DNA of 64,000 nt, from assembly GCF_009914755.1 (NCBI RefSeq), contig NC_060928.1; one strand, given 5' to 3'. The number at the start of each line of letters is the position of its first letter. The stretch's first letter is position 1. The notes under the pieces were generated by a model. That model worked only from the letters and a program-made list of their open reading frames with translations, was not told the DNA's origin and did not search any database. Source of the DNA: the human T2T-CHM13v2.0 reference genome, Homo sapiens. Positions 13,922 to 27,095 of this stretch are shown here, piece after piece. Made by a program: the position numbers and the translations under genes.

Positions 13922-15110
13922 AATGGTGACCAGCCAGGGCTGGCACTGTCCCAAGCAAACCTGGGCACATGGCCAACCTAAGTAGAGAAGCATGAGATGG
14001 AGATCCAAAAGCATTGGCTTGGTAGTCAGGAAGACCTGAGTTCAAGTTCAGAGTCCTTGGACTTGTGACGGTGGACAAATGCCATAGCCTGCTCAAGGTG
14101 ATATTAATAATAAAAATATAACTCGTACTTTGCTTTGAGGATTAAATTAAACTGCCCATGTGGAAAACCCTGTAGAGTGTCAGACTCATAGCTCATGCCA
14201 GGAAGAAATGTAGCTGCTATAGTTATGCAGCACTGGGTTCTCTGTTTATTTGAAGAGTGGAGGCTTTGAGAGGTTATGAGACTTGCTCGAGGTTACGCTG
14301 AGACAGATCTCATATAAGGGTCAAGACCTACAGACACTCCTTGCAGTTTTCTGTCCACCATAAAGTGCTGCTCTTCTGATGCATTCTTTATTACAAGCCA
14401 CTAGTGCAGTACTTAGTATATTGGAGATGCTTCTAAAATAAAAGATTCCATAATAGCAACATCAAAATGCCATTTATAACATAATTCCCCTTTACTTTTT
14501 CAACAAAGTTTTAATAAGTGATTACTATATCCTAAGCCCTGAGTTATAGCTAGGGAATAAAATGATAATGAATAATAGATGATGCCCTTGCCTTCATGCA
14601 GCTTACACTCCCAGGTTTGTACACTGTAGATTGTATCAGATGCTAGTTTCTATACATGGCCCCTGAGACATGCAAATGAAGAGTGTTTGATTTACTACTT
14701 TTCAGTTCACTATTTTTATCCCAAGAGAAATTTTCATTTCAACTCTCCAGCCTTACCAGTATCACTGAACACAGAAAATTCTCGAACGCTTAACAAGGTG
14801 AAACACAGTTTCTTTCTTTTCATGAACACAAAACAATGTTTTTTTGGAATAATTTTTGGATACAACATCTTTTTTGTGTGTACAAACAAATTTTATGTTC
14901 TAAAGAAATGAACAACTAAGGCATGCGCATGAGAAGCTTTGTCTTCATATTTCATTTTTTTCATAAAAATATTTAGCTGTTGTCCAAGAAACCACACTGC
15001 TTCCTAATTAGCATTGAGCATTAGCTCTTAAGCTAACCACATAGGTCAGCTGATTTCAGATATAAGACAGCATAAATATAGTAGGCTGAACCTGCACATT
15101 CAAAACAAGA

Positions 15111-16300
15111 TCAATTGGTCAACACGTATATGGTAAGTGCCTATCACATGCAAGACAATGCTCTAGGTACTGATGCAGACAAGAGAGACATAATCTTTGC
15201 CCTCAAAGAGCTTACCTTCTAGAGAAAGAAACAAGTAGATATTCAACCAAAAATACATTACAAAGCTAATGTTAATTTTTAAAAAGTGTTATGAAAAAGA
15301 TTAAATTGATCCATAAGTTAAACAGTGCCTGAGGGAGTTGCTGGGGATGAAAAGCTCCACAGAAATGTCATCTCATTTAAGCTCAACACAAATGTCATCT
15401 CAACATAAATGAGATGACATTTGTGTTGACTAAGTAACAAGAAGAAGGCAGTCATGCGAAGGTTTACAGAAGGCACTTCAAATAGAAGGAACAGCAGATA
15501 CAAAGGTCCTGAAATGAGTGCACTTAGTATACCATTCCAAGGGCTGCAAGAGGGTCAGGGTGGTTGGAGCTTGGGATGAGAAAGAGAGTGGCCTGAGACG
15601 AAATTCATGACAGAAGCAGGGGCCACTTCATGAAGGGCCTTGTAGGGCATAGTAAAAGCCTAGGGCATGGTTTTACGCAGGGAAGCTTACACCATCTGAT
15701 TATAAGGCTCACTCAGGCATCCGTGTGCAGAGCTGCCTGTAAGACACGTGGGTGGAGATGGGGACCATCATCAAGATAATGGCACTTGATCTGGGGGATG
15801 GACTATGCTGACCCGGATTAGGATTTCAGTGGCAAAGATAATAGCAAAAGACCAGATTTGGGATGCTTTTTGGAAGAAGAGCTCATACAACTTGCTGATG
15901 CACAGAACTAGGGTGAAGGAAAAGAAAAAACAAATCAAGGATTCCTCCTAGTTTGGGGCCTTGATAACTGGGTTGATGGTGGATTTTGGTGGGGACAGGG
16001 GTGGCATGGGTAAACAAGTGGTCCGTTTTAGACCAAACTAAGTTTTGGATCCCATTTGATTTCTAAGTGAAAATGCTGAATGGGAAGTTGAGCCTGGGAC
16101 TCAGGGGAGTCATCAGAGCTAGAAATGCAAATTTGAGAGTCTTACTGTATTGCTGGTATTTAAACAGAGGAAACTGCATAAAATCACCTAAGAAAAGAAT
16201 TAAGGGAGAGTGGATAAGGGGTTTGGAGATAGAATCCAAGGAACACAAAACTTTAGAGATCTGTTGGGGGAGAAGAGACAGCATGAAAAAGTTAAAAAGA
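15111..16300 (-). mobile_element. L2 relic, about 1.2 kb
   Basis: AGTGCCTATCACATGCAAGACAATGCTCTAGGTACTG..TGCCCTCAAAGAGCTTAC..CAAAGGTCCTGA..GCAAATTTGAGAGTC matches antisense L2. Confidence 0.75.
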
Positions 16301-16949
16301 AAAGGTGATTTAAAAGGAAAACAATGTAGGCGACATATTCTTTCACAGATTTTTTTTCCCCAACTGATCCTTGTGAAATCTGATGTTTGTCTTATTTGTC
16401 CTTGGTAGCTGGTTTGACATAACCCATCTCATTCCTATTCCTCTCAGCTACTTCAATTCAGCATGTCTAGATATTCTGTTTCTGGCCTGTTTCCATTTTG
16501 ACTGATATTCCTACAAATTGTGGGTCCTTCTCTGACCTGAGATCTACTTCTTAGATCCTCGATTTGGAGATTTCTGAGCTTCAGATACTTGTGGGTGCAT
16601 TGTGGGTGCCAGAAGTAAGGCTTTCAAATAGAAAATTGGGAAAACAAAAACAAAAGCAAAATACTGTTTATGAAAATAGAAAAATCTCTCTACATGTATT
16701 CATTATGCAGCCAACAGATAATGTTTCTGTGCGTCCTTTGAGCAAATAGGAACCATGGTTTTAATGTTTGGGTGATGTCTCATAGGTAAAAAGCTATGGA
16801 CCTCTGGCACAAATACCTGGAACAAAAGGTCTTATGGTATTTGTAGTAAATCTATATACTTATTAGCCCACGTTTCCCTTTTCTAGACTATAGGTATAGT
16901 CTCTCATAAAGCAGGGGTCATATGCTAATAATAACAATAATGATACATT

Positions 16950-17160
16950 AGCTAATATTAATTGACAGTTACCCCTATGTTAGGTACTGTGCAATGTATT
17001 TAATTTTCAAAACAGACTTATGAGGCAGGTGTTATTATTATCTTCATTTTTAGACAGTAAACTGAGGTTTATAAAGGCAAATTCATTCCCAAGATCATTT
17101 GGCAAGTAAAAAGCCAAGTTATTAGTTTAACTTAGTTTGACTTCAAGCCTTTACTTTAAG
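16950..17160 (-). mobile_element. MIR
   Basis: TATGAGGCAGGTGTTATTATTATCTTCATTTT..AAACTGAGG..CCCAAGATCA. Confidence 0.7.
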
Positions 17161-17190
17161 CCAGTGCTTAAACCAGTGTTAACATGCATA

Positions 17191-17296
17191 TTCTGATCCC
17201 ACAGGTCTGAGATAGAGCCTGATACTCTGCATTTCTATCGAGCTCCCAGGTGATGAGTATGCTACTGGTCCCAGGACCCCTCTCTGAGTAACCAGG
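17191..17296. mobile_element. MER5A half element (hAT-Charlie)
   Basis: TTCTGATCCCACAGGTCTG..TGCATTTCTA..AGCTCCCAGGTGATG..TGCTACTGGTCCCAGGACC..TGAGTAACCA. Confidence 0.7.
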
Positions 17297-17817
17297 CTCT
17301 CAGCCTCTGTGTTACAGTGTCCCCTCACGACCTGGAGAAATGCTTGCTGTGATATGAGTATGGAGCAATTGCATACTGAGAGAATAAACATGGGGAGATG
17401 GGGCAACAGATAAGTCTTCCCATCTGCTCACAGAAACTCAGCATAAACAATGTTAGAGGACGAGAGCTTTGCCACATTGTGGGGCAGCCATAGAGTAATG
17501 AAGTGGGTCAGCCTGGGGTATGGGTTAGCCTCAGTTGAAAGCACAGCATCTCAGGAAGTTCCAGATCAGCTTTCTTCATTAGGTTGTAAATTTTTGAGAG
17601 AGGGGAATATGTTATATTTCTTCTACATCTGTCGCAAAAGGTAGCAAAGTTTTTGGAACACAGAGACTGTTCAATGCATGCTCACTGCCTGCTTTTTCTT
17701 ACCTCTGTCATGTATGTGCTGCTTCACTTATAAAAACTATTTTTCTATTTTCCAAGTCAAGACCCCCAGTGGAGAGATGAGCTCTAACAGTGAAGTTTAC
17801 ATGATCTCGATTTTGGC

Positions 17818-18060
17818 CAGTAGTTAACATGTGATCTCTAGAGTCTATCTTTCCAGGTTTGAATCCAGCCCTGCCACTTGCTAGCTGTGTGACTTGGGGA
17901 AGTTATTTAACCTCTTTCTGCTTCAATTTTCTTGTCATTAAAATGAGAAAGATAGTCCCTGACTTGATGGGGCTGTCCTGAGGTAAAATGGGTGTAAAGT
18001 AGTCAGAGAAGTGCCTAGCACTTAATAGGTAGCTCCATACATGTTAGCTGTATTTATTAT
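17818..18060 (+). mobile_element. MIR (near full length)
   Basis: GGTTTGAATCCAGCCCTGCCACTTGCTAGCTGTGTGACTTGGGGAAGTTATTTAACCTCT...GTGCCTAGCAC..ATGTTAGCT. Confidence 0.85.
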
Positions 18061-18081
18061 TAATTACAACCTAATAGTGAC

Positions 18082-18678
18082 TGTATCAGTCGGAGTTTAC
18101 CAAAGAAGCAGCACTTCTAGGATAGATGGATGGATAGAGATAATAAAGGAACGTGTTACAGGGAACTGGCCTTATATAATTGTGAAGCTGGTTAAGCAGT
18201 GTCTAAAGGCTGTCTCCACATCTGCTGGTGAAGCCTGAAGTCCAGAGCGGGGGAATTCTGGAGAGGAAGATCATGAATTTGCCGGTCCCCACAAGTATGA
18301 AATGGAGCCCCACAAAAATCTACTGAAGCCTGCGTCCATTCTTGTTGCCTCTGACTTTGGTAGTGGAAAGGGTGTCCTGCAAAAGCTGGGACCATTTATC
18401 ACAGAGCTAAACGTACACCTGATCTGGGAATTAGACAAGCTGAAGGAGTGATCTAAGAGAAGGCAGAGAAATTGCAGACCTATAGCTGCTGCTTCATGCC
18501 AATAAGTGAGTCAGCAGATCAGTAACAAAAACTATGAGCTACAAAATGGTTACTGCTTCTGTTCCAAAATCTTCCCAGAATCTTCCTTGTAGCCCATCCT
18601 AACTGGGAAAACACAAGATAGACAATCTGGAAAATGTAGTTGAACCCAGCTAAGTTGATAGATGGCAAAACTATTACA
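18082..18678 (-). mobile_element. ERVL solo LTR, LTR41-like
   Basis: TGTATCAGTCGGAG..AGAAGCAG..CCTTATATAATTGTGAAGCTGGT..AAGGCTGT..GCCTGAAGTC..GCTAAGTTGA..ends ATTACA. Confidence 0.7.
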
Positions 18679-18889
18679 GTGATAGACCGAATTATGGTAG
18701 CTAATTTATTAATATACATGCCAATTCAAATCTTATCACTTGCAGTTTAAAAGATGAATTTGACTAATTTATTTGAATGTGAAGTTTTCTTGAAGATTAG
18801 TGCTGAGGTCATGAGACCATGAATGGTCTTTTGTTTATTCTCTCCTTCTTCTAGCTCAACACCCTCAAGGCAAATTAAATGAGTTTCAT

Positions 18890-19295
18890 AAGCAGTCCAA
18901 GACCTGTGCAGCTGTTCCATGAAGTCATGAAGGACTCGAGATCTTCTAGCTCTCTGCTCCACCATCTTTAGCATGTGGTTCTCGTTATTGGGGTTGCAAA
19001 ACAGTAACTGTGGCCCCAGGCATTGATTCCACATTCCAGAAAAAAGAAGGAAGCAATAAGGTAGAAAAATTCCAATGGTTGGGAAACAAAACTTTCCTAA
19101 AAAAACAGCAAGAGACTCCAGCTGATGTCTCATTGGTCAGAACAGTATCAAATATCTACCCTCAGCAACAAGGAAGGCTTGGAATTAGAGTTCAGGGGAG
19201 TTTTTTTTTTTCTTATGCACACATTATTGCTTCAAACAAAATTAGGGTTCTGTTTTTAAGGAAGAAGCTAAGAGAAATAGATATTGGAAAGGTAG
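18890..19295 (-). mobile_element. Old MaLR LTR, MLT1K-like
   Basis: CTCTGCTCCACCATCTTTAGCATGTGG..GTCTCATTGGTCAGAAC..AAACAAAATTAGGGTTCTG..GATATTGG. Confidence 0.65.
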
Positions 19296-20429
19296 ATGGC
19301 ACTAAAAACCAGAGAAGAAAAGGCCAGATGCAGGGGGATTAGCAAGAAGTTATTATTGTATATAAAAAAGAGAAAGAGTGATGTCTTAGAGCATGGTGGT
19401 GTGGTAGAGGTGGTTGGAGGTGGTGGTGTCTGGATGCATTGGAATGTAGAGCAGATGGATTTGATTTGGCAGAGGACTGGAAAAAAAAGAAAAAAATAAT
19501 TTGTAAGCCATCATTGACTTAGGATAATATTTGGATGTAATGCTGCCTGAATTAGTGACAATGTCACAGGACCCATAACTCCTTGCTTGACATTTACATT
19601 CTCAGCGATGCAGCTGGAGACAAAGAATGTCTGGGGGAAAAAAGGAATGGATATCTAGTAGTTTGGATCATTGAATTCTATAGGCTGGAATAATGCGACC
19701 AAATACCGGTGGGTGTTTTGGCTATGCAATGGATAAAGTGTGATATAAAACTTTTTTAAAAAGTGAAGAAAACAGGTTTTAGGCTATGGTAAAATCCTTG
19801 CATCAGCTTTTACCACTTGTACCTGCAAAGGATCTAAATTCCCTGAACCTCAGCTTTCTCCTACTCAAGATAAGGAGATTGATATCTTTGTTATAGAGTT
19901 GTTCTGAGAATTACTTAAAATCTTAGGTAAAAATGGCTTATCTTTATCTCTCACTTCCTGGCCTGGGAAATAACCCTCTTTTTCGAAGCTCCTGGAAACT
20001 CCTCTATCAGATTCCCAAAATGATTTATAGGCAAACTGATGTCACAGAAAAGGCCAGACTTCAGCCTCAGACAGAAATGCTTTCAAAATATGCTTCTCAT
20101 CAGTGATATGAGTGGCTTAACTTGTTTCAGCCATGGTTCTCAGAAATACAAAGCAGGGATAATGATACTTATGTCATGACCTTACTGAGAGGCCACAGCT
20201 TGTTGGGACAATTAAGTAAACTTAAATAAAATACAGCACGCAAGTTTGGTAGCCTGAGACCAGACACATGGCAGGCGCAGTTCAATGTTCATTTTCCTCC
20301 ATTGAGATAAATAATGAGACATAGCATAGATACATTATTTAGTCTAAAGCTTTCAGGTTTTCTATGATGCTGGGTTTCTAACCAAGCCTGATTGCCAAAT
20401 TTTGGTTAATCCTTCTTTGCAGGGGATTT

Positions 20430-20890
20430 TTTTCCCGCGAAACTCTGCACCACATCGCATAAATCCTCTTGCCATGGCCGTGGCCCTTCATGTCAAGGGA
20501 TCTGGAGACCTTACGTGGAGAAAAAAAACATGATATGATGTAGTCATTGTGCTCAACAGTGCACTGCAAATGTGATAAGTCCCAAAATAATATAAGCAAG
20601 ACGATCTTCAGAAGAAGAAAAGAGATGCAGGGATTAGCTAGGAAAGAAGAGATGGATTTCCCTTGAGCCGAATTTCAGTGGTGAAATAACGAGTCATGAA
20701 AATAGAGATATTGAACTTTAAATGACACACAAGGGACACCTCCCTGTTCAACCTGCTTCCCACTTAGGGCTGTCGGCGTAAATCAGGGCTCAGACGGGTC
20801 TGCTAGGCAACAGGCTGGGTTCGGCGCCTGACAGGAAGACTGTCAGCGACTTTAGGCGTGCCTTACATTTAGAAAGCCTCCTGTCGTCTG
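20430..20890. promoter_or_regulatory. Candidate CpG-retaining cis-regulatory element
   Basis: About 16 CpGs in 460 bp of apparently non-repeat DNA. E2F site TTTCCCGCGAAA (20431-20442), RFX-like TGCTAGGCAAC (20801-20811), inverted CTGACAG-N5-CTGTCAG (20828-20846). Confidence 0.45.
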
Positions 20891-22018
20891 ACTAATCACA
20901 GAGCCTTTTTCTTGTGACTAATGGGTAGTTTTCTTTAATCTCCAGAAACCTCTGATCAATTAACTGCTATTTAAGCCAATCAAGGAAATTGAGATATGGG
21001 GTGTAATTAGCTTTCTGGAGGTTACACATAGCATCAGTCAGTAGAGAATCCTGAAGTGGAACTCAGAGCAGGGCTGGTGGGCGTGGAAAGAGTAAAAACA
21101 AGTGGCATCAGAGTAGAAGGAAGATGTGAGCAGCCACCAGGAGATGAGGCATCTCCCCGACCCTGAGGGAAAAATAAGATACTCTTTTCCTATGGTTCCT
21201 TAGAGAACCAACTACACCTTTGAACAATAAACTTTTGTCTGTGTCAGTGTTCTTCCTAAGACACTTACTTGTCTCATTTGTCTCTAGCATAGAACATGGC
21301 CTCATCAGCCCTCCACTTCACCTCATTGTGTGATTGTGAAAATCTAGTTGTGTATCACATGTGACAACTTGATGGCAAATATTTCGGTATCACACACATG
21401 AAGATCGTAGCCACGCACACATGAGGGTCAGTGATAAGCCATTATTATCATTGTTATTTGTTCCCAAATTCTACCACTGCAAACTCCTTGATATTACTGA
21501 AATGATGTCTCTTTCTCTGTTTCTCTTCCCCTGATTAACTGCTAATAAATGACCAGCTGCCTCTTCTTTCAGCTTTTGGTGAAATTCTTTCAGCTTCTTT
21601 CAGCCCTGCCCTGCCCTCCTCTCCCATGTGCCCCCCATTCATCTTTGGCCTCTCTTTCCCAGAGTTTTTGGGATGCCAACAAGCTCCTAACTTTGTTGGT
21701 TTGCCTGCATGCAGTTTGCTTTTCTGTGAGAAGGAATGACAGTCACTCATAGGGAACCCTGGCTATTTTTTTTCACTTGTCCAAACATGAAGCACACTTG
21801 CTTCTCCAGGTGTGGCATTGCAGAAAGCCTGGGGGATGCTGTAGGTCTTGATGGTTTTGGTTGGTGTGTGAGTTTCCTATGGCTGCTGTAACCAATTACA
21901 GCAAATGTAGTGGCTTACAGTAACACATTTATTTTTTTCTTACAGTTCTGGAGGTTAGAAGCTGAAATGGGCTGATATCAAGATCTCAGCACAACCATGC
22001 TACCTTTGAAACCACTAG

Positions 22019-22597
22019 CAGGAGTGTCCAATCTTTTGGCTTCCCTGGACCACATTAGAAGAAGAATTGTTTTGGGCCACATATAAGATACACTAACACC
22101 AATGATAGCTGATGAACTAAAAAAAAAAAAAAAATTCGAAACATTCTTATAATGTTTTAAGAAAATGTATGGGTCAGGTGCGGTGGCTGATGCCTGTAAT
22201 CTCAGCACTTTGGGAGGCTGAGGTGGGCAGATCACCTGATGTCAGGAGTTTGAGACCAGCCTGGTCAACATGGTGAAATGTCATCTCTACTAAAAATACA
22301 AAAATTAGCTGGGTGTGGTGGTGGGTGCCTTCAATCCCAGTTACTCAGGAGGCTGAGACAGGAAAATTGCTTGAATTGGGGATGTAGATTGCAGTGAGGC
22401 GAGAGATTGAGTCACTGCACTCTAGCCTGGGTGACAAGAGTGAAACTCTGTCTCAAAAAAAAAAAAAGAAAAAGAAAAAGAAAGAAAGAACAAAAAGTAA
22501 AAAAAAAAAAAAAGGAAAGCTTATGAATTTGTGTTGGCCCTCATTCAAAGCTGTTCTGGGCTCCATGTGGCCCACGGGCTGGGGTTAGACAATTTTG
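22019..22597 (+). mobile_element. MER30 (hAT-Charlie), interrupted by an Alu
   Basis: CAGGAGTGTCCAATCTTTTGGCTTCCCTGG..AGAAGAATTGT..GATAGCTGATGA; resumes at 22513 and ends GGTTAGACAATTTTG. Confidence 0.9.
22172..22512 (+). mobile_element. Alu (AluSq-like)
   Basis: Full dimer, GACAAGAGTGAAACTC diagnostic, long A-rich tail. Degenerate TSD AAGAAAATGTATG / AGGAAAGCTTATG. Confidence 0.95.
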
Positions 22598-22731
22598 CTC
22601 TAGGAGGAGAACCCATTTCCTTGCCTGTTCCAGCTTCTTATGGCTGTCTCTGCCTCTTTGTTCATGGCCCCTTCCTCCATATTCAAAATCAGCAGTTTAG
22701 CATCTTCAAATCTCTAATTATGAGCTCCTGG

Positions 22732-23063
<332 letters not shown>

Positions 23064-23250
23064 TAAGGACCCTTTGATTACATTCAGCCCACTCAGATAA
23101 TCCAGGAGAATTTTCCCATCTCAGTATATTTACCTCAACCACATGTGCAAAGTACCTCTTGTTAAGTAAAGTAACATTCACAGGTTCTAGGGATTAGGGC
23201 ATGAACATCTTTTGGGACCACCGGAGTCAAATGTTAAAGTAATTAAGAGT

Positions 23251-24043
23251 TGTTATAGGCTAAAGTGCTTAACTCCCTGATGTGGTTTGGATTTGTGTCC
23301 CCACCCAAATCTCATGTTGAATTGTAAACCCCAGTGTTGGAGGTGGGGCCAGCTGGGAGGTGATTGGATGAAGCAGGTGGATTCTCTCCTTGCTATTTTG
23401 TGATAGTGAGGGAGTTCTCAGAATACCTAGTTGTTTAAAAGCGTGTAGCAGCTCCACCTTCATTCTCTTCCTCCAGCTCCGGCGGTGTAAGATGTGCCTT
23501 GCTTCCTCTTCACCTTCTTCCATGATTGTAAGTTTTCTGAGGCCTCCCCAGCCACTCTTCCTATACAGCCTGCAGAACTGTGAGCCAATTAAACCTCTTT
23601 TCTTTATAAAATACCCAGTCTCAGGTATTTTATTAAAGCAGTGTGAGAATATCTCCACATTTATATGTTGAAGTACTAACTCCAGTATCTCAGAATGTGA
23701 CTATATGAGGAGGTAGAATCTTTACAGAGGTAATCATGATAAACTGCAGTCATTTGGGTGGATCTTATTCAATATGAATGGTGTCTTTTTTAAAAAAGGA
23801 AATTTGAACACAGCCATGTATAGACAGAGAATGATGTGTAGGCATAGGGAGGGGGCAGCCATCTGCAAGCTGAGGAGAGAGACCTAGAACAGATCTTTCC
23901 CTCACAGCCCCCAGAAGGAACCAACCCTGTTGACACCTTGAGGTCAAACTTCTATTCTCCAGAATGGTGAGAAATTAAATTTCTGTTGTTTAAGCCACCT
24001 AGTCTGTGGTACTTTGTTATGGCAGCCCTAGGAAACAAATGCA
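23251..24043 (+). mobile_element. MaLR solo LTR, MLT1B-like, split by MSTA
   Basis: TGTTATAGGCTAAA at 23251; resumes at 23653 (ATTTATATGTTGAAGTACTAAC..CCCTCACAGCCCCCAGAAGGAACCAACCCTG..TTTGTTATGGCAGCCCTAGGAAAC). Confidence 0.85.
23278..23652 (+). mobile_element. MaLR solo LTR, MSTA-like
   Basis: TGATGTGGTTTGGATTTGTGTCCCCACCCAAATCTCATG..GCCTGCAGAACTGTGAGCCAATTAAACCTCTTTTCTTTATAAA. 5-bp TSD CTCCC / CTCCA. Confidence 0.9.
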
Positions 24044-24073
24044 ACAATCAACAGTTGGAAGTTTAGGCAAGAA

Positions 24074-24180
24074 TAATTTATAATGTATTCATTTATACAT
24101 TATAATGTGTATATTTATAATGTGTATAATTTATAACGTATTCATTTATACATTATAATATTTATAATGTGTTCATTATA
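24074..24180. repeat. AT-rich degenerate tandem repeat
   Basis: Recurrent TTTATAATGT and ATTCATTTATACATTATAAT units. Confidence 0.75.
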
Positions 24181-24216
24181 TTTTGCTGAAATATTTACTT
24201 AATATCTGCATGGCCT

Positions 24217-24424
24217 TAAGAATGATATAATGGAATTTGGGGATTCAGAGGGGAAGACTGGGAGGCAGGTGAGGAATAAAAGCCTACATGTTGGGGTACA
24301 GTGTATACTGCTCAGGTCACTGGTAAACAGAAATCTCAAAAATCACTACTAAAGAGCCTATCCATGCAACCAAAAACCACCTGTAACCCCAGAACTATTG
24401 AAATAAAAATAAAAAATAAATATA
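24217..24424 (+). mobile_element. L1PB 3' end
   Basis: AGAATGATATAATGGA..GGGTACAGTGTATACTGCTC..AATCACTACTAAAGA..AACTATTGAAATAAAA. TSD TATCTGCATGGCCT (24203-24216) / TATCTTCATGGCCT (24427-24440). Confidence 0.88.
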
Positions 24425-24534
24425 ACTATCTTCATGGCCTGAAAACCAGAGACATTTCCTGCATTATAAGAACTTGACATTCTTGGCCCTTTGAATGACA
24501 GAGGCCAATTTTAGTATGTGTGTAATACACTATC

Positions 24535-24775
24535 TCTATTAAGAGTTCTGGTTCTGAAATTAAACTTCTTGGCATGGTCACTTACTGACTGTGTGACCCT
24601 AGGCAAATTGCTTCATCTCTCTGTGCTTCAGTTTATTTTCTGTAAAATGGGAAGAAGAAAGAAGGGAGATCAGTTTACTAGCTCATATGACTACTTTGCA
24701 GACTACTAACATATGCAAAGTATTTATACCAGAGCCTGACAACAATTATCACTGAATAAATGCTATAAATTATTA
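24535..24775 (+). mobile_element. MIR
   Basis: CACTTACTGACTGTGTGACCCTAGGCAAATTGCTTCATCTCTCTGTGCTTCAGTTT..CTGTAAAATGGG. Confidence 0.75.
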
Positions 24776-25163
24776 TGGGTGGACTGCATGCTGGGTACAA
24801 AGATTGTAAAGTGCTGACAGTGCTATTGTTTGGACACACATTGTTAATCGTTATTAAAACAACCTCCAGTCTATCCTCTGATCTCCATATGGCCTCCTCC
24901 AATGCATTCTTTCACAGCCTCCAGAGAGCTTCTATAAATCTGATCATGTCACATCTCCATTTAAAAATCTTCAAAAGCACCCATGTTTTATAGGATATAA
25001 TCCAACAAAAGCAGAGCCTATAAACTCCCCAGAATGTGGTCCCTCTCTCTCTTTTTCCCTATTGTCTCTGCTCTCACCCAAGAAGGACATTGAGGTATTT
25101 TTAAAGTGCTCCCACACGAGAGGCATTTTTGGCCTTTTTAAATTTGTCCTCTTTTGTTACTTA

Positions 25164-25511
25164 TTTTTTTTATACTTTAAGTTCTGGGGTACATGTGTAG
25201 AACATGCAGGTTTGTTACATAGGTATACACGTGCCATGATGGTTTGCTGCACCCATCAACCCATCATCTACATTAGGTATTTCTCCTAATGCTATCCCTT
25301 CCCTAGCCCCCAACCCTCTGACAAGCCTGGGTGTGTGATGTTCCCCTTCCTGTGTTCCTGTGTTCTCATTGTTCAACTCCTACTTGTGAGCGAGAACATG
25401 TGGTGTTTGGTTTCCTGTTCTTGTGTTAGTTTGCTGAGAATGATGGCTTCCAGCGTCATCCATGTCCCTGCAAAGGACATGAACTCAACCTTTTTTATGG
25501 CTGCATAGTAT
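25164..25511 (-). mobile_element. L1PA6/7 3' end
   Basis: TATACTTTAAGTTCTGGGGTACATGTG..CCCTAGCCCCC..TGGCTGCATAGTAT. TSD TTGTTACT(T/A)ATTTTT at 25154 and 25514. Confidence 0.93.
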
Positions 25512-26491
25512 ACTTGTTACTAATTTTTATAGGGAGCTCTTACTCATCACCTGCTCCCATTTTCCCCAACATCGTATAATCTTATGGGGTGAACTGGGCT
25601 CTGACAACTGCTTTCAGAACCTTACCTGGACTCCCTTCTGTTAGCATCCATTGTTTTGCATTGCAATCATTTATTTACTTATCTTCCTGCCCCACTAGTC
25701 AGGGGCATCCTTGAGAACAGAAATGTATCCTTTATCTCCATGCTGTGGGTCCCTAGTGCCTACTGAATGCTCTATAAATATTTTCTGAATATGAGGGTGA
25801 GTAAAGGAGATACATGACTAAGTGAAATGCAACAGACCTTTGATGAACCAGTGAATCCCAACCACTACTTATTACACTTTCTGCTACGATCAAAGGGTCC
25901 ATTTTCTGCTCATACCAAAAGATAAGGCCATGGTGAGGATGCAGTAAGGTAAGGGATGGATCAGAAGACTTACTTGACTACAGGGGATTCTAGGCATCTA
26001 TGAATCCTGATCCATAAGATATCTTGATTTCTCTTTATTCTCGTGGTGGCCTCTTGTTTGAAAAGAGAATTAATAAAGTGATCTTCATTGAGAAGAATAG
26101 TTCTTTTACAAATTTAATCTTAACAAAACCCCATGCAGTAAGTAGAATTGTTCCCATTGTTCAGGAGAGGAAACAGATTCTCAGATAGTAAGTGCATCAT
26201 CTAACAACAAACTACTGGTATTAGTGGAGCCTGATTTCGAAGCCATGTTGGTCACAAATATCCATGTTCTTTTACTTTTTCTTGCCAGTACACTGTTATA
26301 GGATATTTTTTATGTTTACTTGCTTATTTCAACCTGCTTCCCTCTCTAGCAAGGTTGCTTTTTGTCTTTCCTTACTCTTGGTACCAGGTATCATTTCCAA
26401 TCCTGTTCCTGACCTTTATTCATAAATAAACCCCTTGACTCTTGGCCACAAGCATTTCCACCATATTCCTAAGGAAATGGGTACCCACTGA

Positions 26492-26648
26492 CCAGTGTTG
26501 GCTTCATGGCTGTGCAATCTGTATGGTCCCAGAGGGCTCCAGGCTGAATGTGCTGCTGCTGTCATCTTAATATTTATAAAATCTTTAAAATATGGGGCTG
26601 TATATTTTTATTTTGCACCAAGTCCTTCAAGTTATATTGCCAGTTCTG
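26492..26648 (+). mobile_element. MER91A-like (hAT-Tip100)
   Basis: GGCTTCATGGCTGTGCAATCTGT..CAGAGGGCTCC..GCTGTCATCTTAA..TTTTATTTTGCACCAAGTCC..TTATATTGCCAGTTCTG. Confidence 0.65.
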
Positions 26649-27095
26649 CTGGTGACACAGGTAGTCAAGATCACCAGCGGAGTAAATCACCACCTACTTG
26701 TGGATTTGAGGAGACTTTAGATTTCACAGCTGATCTGCTCTTCTGCTTTAAATGTCACAATCAGAACTTAACCACCCTCAAATTATCACCAATCAGCTCC
26801 AAATACCCACAGGACAACCAAAAGTCATCATTTGCACATGAGGTCTCAGATGTTTAGAGTGAGAAACAAACTTAATAGATCTTCTGCCTGGCTTGCCTTT
26901 CCCATGGTTTGGCAGGACTCAGTCACACAGTTAAATCAGTCTCTGCTCATGTCATTCCCTTAAAAAGCCCATCTCTGATCACTCATTCCAAAATAGCAAT
27001 CTTTGTTATTCTCCCCCAACCCTTTGCTTCATTTTGTTTCCACATCATTAGCATTAAGTACATTGTACATTGGCATGGTCACTTCTCATGGCTCA

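Noticed and set aside
14921-14931. GCATGCGCATG, an NRF1-like palindrome
   Set aside because: Incomplete NRF1 consensus, isolated, with no CpG-island context.
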